DNA of 63,377 bases, the filler included. It is 12 parts of 12 records of this genome, joined end to end, with 100 filler letters (N's around TTAATTAATTAA, not from the genome) between each part and the next. Parts side by side here need not be neighbours in the genome. Positions count along the whole stretch, not along the records: positions 45,269 to 52,508 come from SRR7504441_21613; positions 52,609 to 56,013 come from SRR7504441_21619; positions 56,114 to 59,994 come from SRR7504441_21627; 9 more parts are not named here. One strand, 5' to 3'. Position 1 is the stretch's first letter; each line of letters opens with the position of its first letter. The notes under the pieces are model-generated. The model saw nothing but the letters and a program-made list of their open reading frames with translations, made no database searches and was not told the DNA's origin. Shown here one piece after another: positions 49,087 through 57,833 of this stretch. Made by a program: the position numbers and the translations under genes.

Positions 49087-49857
49087 TCAGCAGGTGCCAA
49101 AGTAACGGTCACCAAAGTCCTCAAACCCGAGCCCCTCCTCCGAATCGACCCACGAGGTCACGATGTGCAGCTGCGGGAACTCCGCAAGCAAGTGTTCGAT
49201 CCCTGCTGCGCTCGCCACTAGGCTCACAAACGTTATCTGCCGCTCATTTACCCCTCTATCCAACAGGCTCTGGATCGCCAGCGCCGCCGTCCCGCCGGTC
49301 CGGAGCAACGGATCCAGCAGCAGCACCGCCTCGCGCTCTGAGTTGATCCGGTCCGGAAGTTTAATGTACTTAAGCTCGCGCTCCGTCTCCGACTTGCTGA
49401 TCAGTATCTTGCCAATACGGGCGGCCCGAATAACGGACCGAAGCGCCTCCTCCATCGTCTCCCCGCTCCGCACGATCGAAACCCCCACCACCTTGACCAC
49501 GCTGCTACACCCGGCGAACTCGCCCCCCTTGGGCGTCGGGACAGACACAGGCTCGACCGGCATGCCCGCCAGCGCAAACTCCATGGTGAGCCGGGTGAGC
49601 CGATCCACGTTGAACACAAACTCCTCGGGCGGCGTCCGCTCGTCCCGGATCAGCGTGTGCAGCAGCAGGGTCTGGTTGGTCAGAGGGACCATCCGGACGA
49701 GGTCCGGGTGCGCCTCGAGCACAGGGACGGCGGCGGGGCAGGCCAACACCGCCTGCAGCCCCGGCCGGGTCGGGCCAACCACCGTGTCCCCCCGCCCGAG
49801 CACCCGCTGCGTGCTCTCGCTCAGCCGGTCGGCGCTTACAGCTTGCGGCCCGCTCAT
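49087..49857 (-). CDS. UPRT: uracil phosphoribosyltransferase-family protein, intronless
   Basis: Motifs LHTLIRD..FVFNVDRL, GVSIVRSGETME, IGKILI, YIKLP, VLLLDPLLRTGGT and DFGDRYFG. Confidence 0.88.
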   Translation of the reverse strand: MSGPQAVSADRLSESTQRVLGRGDTVVGPTRPGLQAVLACPAAVPVLEAHPDLVRMVPLTNQTLLLHTLIRDERTPPEEFVFNVDRLTRLTMEFALAGMPVEPVSVPTPKGGEFAGCSSVVKVVGVSIVRSGETMEEALRSVIRAARIGKILISKSETERELKYIKLPDRINSEREAVLLLDPLLRTGGTAALAIQSLLDRGVNERQITFVSLVASAAGIEHLLAEFPQLHIVTSWVDSEEGLGFEDFGDRYFGTC

Positions 49858-49916
49858 CGGGGTCCGGCTTGTGAGAGCCGTTGTGCTTCCGTTATCTATT
49901 CCGAGGCCCCCGGGAG

Positions 49917-50630
49917 ATGTTCACGCCGCGGGGCGGGCTGAAGAAGGCGCGGGACAAGCCGCTGGGGGCGATCACGAGCAGCATCGAGATCGGGCAGGGC
50001 GGCTTCGGGAATGACCACTTCACCACCTCGCTTATGGGCGATCAGCGCCCGGTGCAGAGCACCCAGATGCGAGTCTCGCGACGGCGTGCCCCGGACAAAA
50101 ACCAGGACAGCGAGCCCGGGCTGTGGGGCTCGACGGCCGACTTTCCAGCCAGCCACACCTTTACTACTAGCAGCCACTTAATGAACACAGAGGATAAGAC
50201 CGGCGATCACCGACAGCCTGCGATCACTGCACTCCACTCGGACCTGGAGCTAGGGTATAAAGAGGCGGCGGCCAAAAACCCGTGGAAGACAAGCGCTATG
50301 CAGCAGTTCAAGGACCCGCTGCTGGGCAAGCGTAAGAAAGGCCCGACCGCCGGCCCGGAGCCCAGCTGGCCCAAGCCCAAGGAGCCGGTGAATCCGTTCC
50401 TAGGGACGGTGATGAAGGGCAAATCCAACTTGTTCGAGCGATATCAGCCGGATGAGAACAACCATCGAATCACCTCCGACTTTGTGTTTAAGAAAAAGTA
50501 CAACCCGTCCAGGACGCGGTACAACATGATCACTCACTACAATAACAACCTTAGGACCAACACGTTTGAACACAAAGTGCCTTCGTACCCACGGCCCACC
50601 TTAGGCACTCTCGGGGCTATCCGGCCGTGA
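49917..50630 (+). CDS. hypothetical hydrophilic protein, intronless
   Basis: 237-aa ORF from ATG 49917 with coding-like codon usage, followed by AATAAA. Confidence 0.7.
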   Translation: MFTPRGGLKKARDKPLGAITSSIEIGQGGFGNDHFTTSLMGDQRPVQSTQMRVSRRRAPDKNQDSEPGLWGSTADFPASHTFTTSSHLMNTEDKTGDHRQPAITALHSDLELGYKEAAAKNPWKTSAMQQFKDPLLGKRKKGPTAGPEPSWPKPKEPVNPFLGTVMKGKSNLFERYQPDENNHRITSDFVFKKKYNPSRTRYNMITHYNNNLRTNTFEHKVPSYPRPTLGTLGAIRP

Positions 50631-50673
50631 CCACAAATAAACGTGTATTTCTTCTTTACAGCTTTATATTGGG

Positions 50674-51540
50674 CTATTTAAACTGAGGGAACAATCCGTC
50701 GAGGATTTCGTCGTAATTGACCAAGCCATCCTCCACTGTCGCCATCCCCAGCATCTCTTGCACGTCGCTCTCATTCGCCGTCCCATCCGCCTCCCTCACA
50801 ATCTCCAGCAGCTGCGCCGCGGGCACGCGCCTACTGTTGGTCGAATCATGCGCCTCAAACGCCGTGCGCAGCCCCGCCTTGTGCTCCGTATCGTCGCCCT
50901 GCCCAAACCGTCACCCGGTACCAATCCAGCACCCACCAGCAGCTCGTCCGCAATGGTGCCCATGTACTCCTGCCAGCCTGCCCGGGCTCGCCCTGCCCTC
51001 GCCTGCGCGCACCAAACCCGCCGACAGCAGGGAAATCAGTTTGATCGGCGAGCATCCGCGACGCCAGCTGTGAGTCATCCGAACGGCACGTGTGTACCGG
51101 CTTGCCCGGGTCGACCGGCTTGCGCTTCTTGGGCCGACCGCCCCCGCACTTTTGCTTGTGCTCCCCCCAGTCGGCGCGCTGACACTCGGCGGAGCAGTAC
51201 CTGCCGGCCGGGGTCGGCTGCCGGCCCTCGGGCTGCGGCCACCAGACGATCTTGCACCGGCTGCAGCGGAGCAGCTGGGAGCCTCCCTGGCTGCACCGCT
51301 GGCACGCCCGCTGATTTGCCTCCGGTATGCCCTCCACCCCGCCCTTGTGGAAGCTCCATTCGCCCGGGTTGTTCGCTGCCAGCTGCCGGGCGGTCGTGCG
51401 GGCCGGGCAGGCCGGCGGACCTCCTCGCAGGCCTCCTGGAGCACCTTCTCGTCGATCTGCTCGCCCGCCAACGGAAGGTGAGCCCCGACCGTCCGGACTG
51501 CCCCTTGCAACTCCTCCGGACAAGCCGCCGGCGCGTCCAT
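50674..51540 (-). CDS. zf-MYND protein with C-terminal degenerate calmodulin-like EF-hand pair
   Basis: CQRC..LLRCSRCKIVWYCSAECQRADWGEHKQKC. Last exon LRTAFEAHD..LLEIV..DVQEML..DGLVNYDEIL. Confidence 0.8.
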
Positions 51541-51575
51541 TGTCGCCCTTTTATTTTTTTTTCTGGGGCCGCGCC

Positions 51576-51591
51576 GTGGTCACGTGACCAC
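51576..51591. promoter_or_regulatory. perfect 16-bp palindrome containing an E-box (GTCACGTGAC) in a divergent promoter
   Basis: GTGGTCACGTGACCAC lies near the middle of the 75-nt spacer between two ATGs, next to a T-tract. Confidence 0.6.
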
Positions 51592-51615
51592 TCGGGCAGC
51601 ACGCCGACGCACAGC

Positions 51616-52203
51616 ATGTCGGAGCCGGCTGCGAAGAAGGCCAAGGTGCGGGGCGCGGGGGTGGCCTGGCGGAGCGGGAGCCCAGGTGGAGCACGCGATG
51701 AACATCGATGATGCGGTGGACAAGGCGCACGAGGGCAAGAGCTTCAAGCAGATCGCCGAGCTGCCCCCGTCCGCGCTGCAGGCGGCAGGGCCGCCCGGGG
51801 GCGGTGCGAGCAGCGGGGGCAGGGGATGGCGGGCTGGACGGACGGGACCTGCGAGAAGCTTCGGATCCGGACGATTCGTGAGCTGGGCACTTGGAAGTTC
51901 TTCCTGTGGGCCGAAGCGATCAGCGAGCTGGCCGGGCGGGAGATCGAGGGGCATCGGCCGGAGGGGTCTGGCATCAACATCAACTTCGGTCTGGACAAGG
52001 CGCACGAGAACAAGAGCCTGAGCCAAGTAGTCCAGCTGCCGCCCTCGGCGCTCCAGGGGATCGCCGAGCACTCTGACGAGGATCTAGCAGCTTTCCACGT
52101 CAGAACGATCGGCGATCTAGGCAGCTGGAAATACGCCAAGTGGGCCGCGGCTATTGTGACGCTGGCCGAGCTGGAGAGCGAGGACATCGCGCAGCACAAG
52201 TGA
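51616..52203 (+). CDS. small protein with an internally duplicated HhH-like domain
   Basis: Two ~70-aa copies of DKAHExKS.....LPPSALQG........(I/V)RTIxxLGxWK..WAxAI..LA. Introns 51646-51685 (GT) and 51782-51822 (GC). Confidence 0.8.
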
Positions 52204-52608
52204 CTTGATGGACGGATGGGCGCCGGATCGACTTAATATCAGAGGGTTCGATCGAAGCTCAGCTGCAGCCGTGTCGGTCCGATCACAGAACGTCCCAACT
52301 TTAGATACATTAGCTGCTGAATATAAGGACAACCTCCCGGGGACTAATAGACACTTATGGAGCATTAAACAACATAAACGCACTTGGGACCGGTCCGGCT
52401 GCCTCGCCGCCTGACAATAAAATATTTTTGGGCCAACGCCCCGCCGCGTGGTGTCGGGCTGTGCCTGAACGCTGCCGGCCGGCGACGCCGCCAGCGTCGG
52501 CTGGGCGTNNNNNNNNNNNNNNNNNNNNNNNNNNNNNNNNNNNNNNNNNNNNTTAATTAATTAANNNNNNNNNNNNNNNNNNNNNNNNNNNNNNNNNNNN
52601 NNNNNNNN

Positions 52609-52881
52609 GCCCCAGTTGGCCGCTTGCTGCCACAGCTCAGCCGCCCTCCCGCAGTCCTGCTCCACGCCAACGCCGAGGTGGTAAAGCACCGCGAGAGCGG
52701 CCTGTGCAGCCGGGTAACCTGTGCTAGCCGCCTGCTGGTACAGCCCCGCCGACCTCTTATAATCTCGCTCGACGCCCTCGCCGAGCTGGTAAATCTGTCC
52801 GAGCTCAAACTGCGCTTCCGCATCGCCCCGCTCCGCCCCGGCCGCCCACCGGGCACGGTTCGCCCCGTCCCACTCCAGCAT
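52609..52881 (-). CDS. Sel1-like repeat protein, 3'-truncated
   Basis: GDAEAQFELGQIYQLGEGVERD..YQQAA and AQAALAVLYHLGVGVEQD. Confidence 0.85.
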
Positions 52882-53184
52882 GAACAACGACGCGCAGTTC
52901 CCCGGTTGTCCCGACGGCTTGTCGGTTTGAACCTCAGCCTGCAAGTACGGTAGATCCAGTGATCCACAGTACCTGGTACGAGTAGTCTACTGAGTATACC
53001 AGTAACCCAGATCTAGCTATTAGGTCTACGTATCAATCTTGATTATTTAACTATCATGCACTCCTGTCCTAGAAACCGAAGCTCGACGACGATCTTCTCA
53101 AGACACCTCGTCAAGACTAGTCGACGTCAGCTAGTTATCAGCCAGTGCTCACTCTAATGTTTGTGGAAGATGACAGCTAGTGGA

Positions 53185-54275
53185 CTAGAAGTCAGCCGGC
53201 TTGACAAGCACGACGGGCCTCTGCCGCTCGCCGCTGCAGAGCGCTGGGCCCTTTTGCCATCGTGCGCCTGGGGTCCTCAGGTCTAACATATCTACCCATT
53301 TGAGGAATCTGGTACGTTTGTTGCCGCCCCCGACAGCCACCAGCCAGTCGTCGGCCAGAGCGAGCCCAAACTTGGACCTTGGCGCACTCATCTCCGGCAT
53401 GGTGCTCCAGAGCTGAACAGCAGGGTCGAATCGCCAGCACGTCTTGAGCACCAGCCCCTCTTGGTCTTCCCCGCCGCACACGTAGATACTCCCATCTTTA
53501 TCCACCACGGCGCTCGCAGCCGACCGCTTCTCTGGCAGGGCTGGCTTCATCACTGACCACTGGTTGGTTGCAATGTCCAGGAACTCACTCGTCTCAAGCA
53601 GCTCACCGCTGCCTTTCCTGCCGCCCAGCACCAGCAACTTGCCACGCCCGTCAGCCACCATCGCGTGGTTGCTCCTCGCCTCCAGCATTGGACTCACCGT
53701 GCCTTGGGCCGCCCACTCTCCAGTAATCGCGTTGAACAGATCGACTGTGTCCGTCACCTCCGGGCTGGCGTTAGGGTCGCCATCCGGATCCCTGCCCCCG
53801 CTCAGTGGGGCAGCTCAGGGGTGCAGCTCACCGGCTCATTCCACCGCAGAAGTAAATCAAATCCTGGTGGGCCGCGGCCCCGGAGAAGGTGCGCGGGCCA
53901 GGCATCGGGCCGGCGGTCACCCACCGGCTGCGCCCAAAGTTGAAGCTCTGGCCCGGTCGGCTGGCGGGGGGGAGGGGCAGCGGGCACCTCCATCTCGGTC
54001 AGGTGGACCGCCCCGTTGTAGCCGCCGCCAATCCATAGACTGCCGGCGGCGTAGGCGCCCACCGCGCCGTACCGTCCTTCGGTCATCGGGTTTGCAAAGC
54101 TCCACATGCCGGCCACGCCGTGGACGCGCACCTTGCCGCCGTCCAGCTCGAACGATTCGGCCGTGCGCATCGAGGAGCACTCCTTGGGCGTGTGGCTGGC
54201 CCCACCGAGTACCCAGATCTGGTCGTGGCTTCCGCCCCGGTGCTCTCCGCACGCGCACCCCTGACTGTTCCCCAT
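53185..54275 (-). CDS. Kelch repeat protein with MGNSQGCAC acylation signal
   Basis: Repeated Kelch motifs (IWVLGG, LWIGGGYNG, LLVLGG, IYVCGG, LVAVGG, with W and M..R spacers). Confidence 0.88.
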
Positions 54276-54362
54276 AGATGGATCCCGGGCGCAGCCGCAG
54301 GGCAAGCCGCCGACGGTTGATGGCGGATCTTCCGTTGCCGAGGCTTCGGGAACACGGGCCCG

Positions 54363-54407
54363 GAACACTCGTCGGGCGATCGGGTAGCTGAACACTCGTC
54401 GGGCGAT
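54363..54407 (+). repeat. 18-nt direct repeat at the start of the TPR-Aha1 gene
   Basis: GAACACTCGTCGGGCGAT at 54363-54380 and 54390-54407; the second copy supplies the AT of the start codon. Confidence 0.8.
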
Positions 54408-56013
54408 GGCCGACGAGCAGACGACGGCGGACGACGAGCAGCTGGCCCGCGAGCTGCAAGCTGAGGAGTACGGATCCGCGTCGGAGGACCCGCCCGCATC
54501 CGAGCCCGCGGACGAATACACCAGCCAGACCAAAGAGGTCAAGATGGAGGCCTGGACCGCCGCGCAGGAGATCAAGGCGGCCGGCAACGAAAGATTCAAG
54601 CAGGGCGAGGCCGAGGAGGCGCTCGGGTGCTACCAGGGGGCGCTCGACCATCTGAGCAAGGTCAAGGACTGGACCACCAGCGAGGTTAGCCCGAGCGATG
54701 TGCGCGAGCTGCGCATCTCGCTGCACCTCAACACGGCGGCCTGCGAGCTCCAGCTGCAAAACTGGCAGCGGTGCATCGATAGCACCGACAAAGTTCTCAC
54801 GATCCAGGGCCAAAATCTCAAGGCCTTGTACCGGCGCGGGGTGGCCTGTGCCCGGCTAGGCCGGCTCACGGTAGCTGCCCCGGGCTGCCGCCGGGCGAGG
54901 CCGGGGCAGGACGCTCGTCAGGACCTGACCACCGTGGCCAAGAACGACACCAAGAACAAGCAGGCGCGCGAGGAGTTGGCCGCGGTCAAGGAACGGCTCA
55001 AGGAGGCCAAGCAGCAGGAGAAGGCAGCCGGCCCTGTGGCCTGCCCAGGCGAGCGGCGGGCAGGAGCGGATGAAGGGCCTGTTCAGCGGCAAGTCCATGT
55101 ACGGTGACGCGATTGCGGCGCAGGAGCGTGAAGCTAAAGAGGCCAAGGTGCGGGCGCCGCTGGCTGGGCTGACGGCAGAGCAGCGGAAGGATCAGGAGAA
55201 GAAGGAGCGCGAGGCGGCCGAGGAGGCCGAAATAGAGGCCGAGTGGCTTGAGGAAAGCCGGCGGATGGAGGCAGAGGACGACACTAGCTTGGACCAGGAG
55301 TGGGCGGAGCATCAGGCCGCAGCTTTGAGCGGCGAGCAGGATGAGGCAGAGTTTTCCGAGTTTAAGCGAGAGCGTGCGACCCGCAAGGCCGAGCAGCTTG
55401 AGCAGGCCAAGAAAGAATTTGTTAAGTCGCGGAAGAAGTTGCGGGAGGACAAGCAAGCCGAGCAGCGCCGACAGAAGGAGGAGGCTGACAAGCTGCAGGA
55501 GGAACTGCGTGCTAGCGAGCGAGAGGCGCGCTGGCGAGCCCGGAACGCGGCCGACCAGAACAGCACGCTCGAGCTGGACGACGAGGACGAGGCGCTGCTG
55601 GCCGGGATCAAGAAAGGCGGTTACTGCTACTTTGCGGAGGACTCTGCCAAGGCCAAGGCGGGGCTCGAGGCTCTTGGTGAGACGCAGGCACCGCAGCGTA
55701 TCTCCAGCCCGACTGCCGAGCAAACCAGCCAAGGCGGCTCGGCCTGGAACGCCAAGGGGACCACTTTCGAGGAGCGAGACCACTCGAGTTGGGCCAGTGG
55801 GCGGCTCAAACAGGCAGGCAACAGCAGCCGGCAGTCTGAGCCGGTGTGGGCAGATGCTCTGTGAGGCCCAAGCGAGCGCTGTAGATGGCGAGCGCCGCGG
55901 GACGGCCCAGGTGCGCGAGTGGGGTCCGGGGATGGATCGGTGGACAGGTGAAGCGGGTAGACAAGGTGGACGGGCAGGCGAGCACTGTGATAGCAAGCGG
56001 CAAGAAAAAGACA
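54406..56013 (+). CDS. TPR, coiled coil and Aha1 N-terminal-like domain (putative Hsp90 co-chaperone), 3'-truncated
   Basis: Carboxylate-clamp TPR (KAAGNERFK, LNTAAC, KALYRRG), then SAWNAKGTTFEERDHSSWASGRLK..VDKVDGQAS..GKKK. Five introns, two of them GC-AG. Confidence 0.8.
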
Positions 56014-56113
56014 NNNNNNNNNNNNNNNNNNNNNNNNNNNNNNNNNNNNNNNNNNNNTTAATTAATTAANNNNNNNNNNNNNNNNNNNNNNNNNNNNNNN
56101 NNNNNNNNNNNNN

Positions 56114-56423
56114 GCCGTATGAGGCAGAGAACACCAGATATGAACCCCCGACTGAGGAGGAAGAGGAGAATATGGATGCGCCAGTGAACACATTGTCTTT
56201 CCTCGATGAAGAGAGGAAGAAACTAGCTGAAAGATATAAGATTGATGACGAGCCATCGAGCACTTACGGCGAATCTCTAGGCTACCCGAAACTCACGGAA
56301 GTTGAGCTCGAAGCAAATGTTCTCTCAAAAAAGGAAGATGAGATCCCAATTCCAAGCATACCGGAACAATTTAAAAGCGACGAAGATTCTACGTATACAA
56401 GAACAACAACTCCCTCCAGTTAG
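56114..56423 (+). CDS. 3' end of an acidic protein, 5'-truncated, A-rich composition
   Basis: Frame open from the gap to TAG at 56423, then AATAAA. Visibly lower GC than neighbouring genes. Confidence 0.5.
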
Positions 56424-56631
56424 CAATAAATGACGGTCTTTTTCGTTCGTACGTATCGCTCCTGAATAATTAATTATACATTTACATGTACCGATATCGA
56501 TTTAAGATAATTATCGATACCGGTGATTGTTAGCCTGGTACGAGTAACGAGTATGTACAATCATGCGAATCATGTAACCAACGATAAACGAGACCGAATG
56601 TTCAGCTATATAGCGTCACACAGCCCTCGAC

Positions 56632-57693
56632 TTACCGGACGCTGGGCAGGCACGGGCCACATGGTTTGTTGCCCTTGCAGTCGCACATCGGGCCAGCGTT
56701 CTGCTCCTCCACCAGCCCGGTACAGCCTAGCTCCGTGAGCTTCTTCCAGGCTCTGGCCGCGTCCCGCCTGAACTCGAGACGGTGCCGATCATACCACGAA
56801 ACGTGCTCTCTGAAGATCGGGTCCCAGCCTAGGCACATGTCCACTGCCAGCATCATAAACGGAGGATTCTTCGGGTCGCCTCCGAACATGCGGTTGTTCC
56901 ACTGTCTCTTGCCTGTCTCGGGGTCGACAACCTCCTCAAACCGATCGAGCATGTTGTATATTGTCAGATAGCCCAGCCCACCGGGACCGTAGATGTTCCA
57001 ATGCGCCGGATCAAACCCGTACCAGCTTCCCACATAGCCCGACGATTCCTTGTGGCACCGGCCGTACTGGTGTCCCAGCAGAATCAGGCACACCGTCTCC
57101 TTATCGTCGAATCCCATTCGCCCAAACGTGCCTCGGATCGCGCTGATCGTGGCAGCCTCTCTCTCGGCCGGTCGGGACCGCGGTACGCTCGGATCTGGCC
57201 CCAAGTCGGCCGCTGGTAGCCGACTGCCGTTCGGGTTGTGCGCGCCGTCCTTATTGGCGAACGGACACTTGCCGGGGCCGTACCGTGCAGTGGCCTCGGC
57301 CTCGGTCAGGTCGGGCCGGCCGGTGGCGAACGGGATGGCTGGACCGCCGGAGGCTTCTATCGCCACGTAGCCGGCCAGTACGTTCAGGTCGGCTTGGGAG
57401 AGCCAGGGATGCCGGCCGCGTAATGGCGCCAGCAGCCGGCGGGCCTGGTCCAGCCCAGCGTTCTCGGGGTCGTCCTGCTCGTGCTGGAACTGCATGGTGC
57501 ACCCGCTGGAGCCTCCGCTGCCGCTGGCCCGGTCGTAGGTGCCGCTGCAGTGCCACGCGAAGCGGATCAGCATCGGGGCGTAGGAGCCATCGTCGAAGCC
57601 TCGCGGGGCCCGGAGCAGCTGTGCGATGTCCGCACGGACAGCGGTCAGATCGCGCGCTTCCGTGCCGCGGCTGAGCCGGCGATCATGTGCCAT
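56632..57693 (-). CDS. class I heme peroxidase (cytochrome c / ascorbate peroxidase family), intronless
   Basis: Distal IRFAWHCSGTYD, ENAGL, SQADL, GGPAI..GRPD, RLP, FGRMGF, proximal GHQYGRCH..SGY.G.W, MMLAVD and AWKKLTELG. Confidence 0.92.
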   Translation of the reverse strand: MAHDRRLSRGTEARDLTAVRADIAQLLRAPRGFDDGSYAPMLIRFAWHCSGTYDRASGSGGSSGCTMQFQHEQDDPENAGLDQARRLLAPLRGRHPWLSQADLNVLAGYVAIEASGGPAIPFATGRPDLTEAEATARYGPGKCPFANKDGAHNPNGSRLPAADLGPDPSVPRSRPAEREAATISAIRGTFGRMGFDDKETVCLILLGHQYGRCHKESSGYVGSWYGFDPAHWNIYGPGGLGYLTIYNMLDRFEEVVDPETGKRQWNNRMFGGDPKNPPFMMLAVDMCLGWDPIFREHVSWYDRHRLEFRRDAARAWKKLTELGCTGLVEEQNAGPMCDCKGNKPCGPCLPSVR

Positions 57694-57833
57694 GGCGCTC
57701 AGTTGCCGGCTCAGCCGCCGGCAGCGGCTTTTATAGTGCGTCGCGAGTGCTCAAAGGCGCGTCGCCTGATCATTTGGCGCTCAGTTTGCCGTTAAAACGG
57801 GTCGGGAGGCTTCCGGAGGAGTCGGCGGCTCGG

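Noticed and set aside
49163..50014. 283-aa plus-strand ORF (and similarly 53917-54813 and 54998-55996 on minus)
   Set aside because: Antisense shadows of UPRT and the TPR-Aha1 gene.
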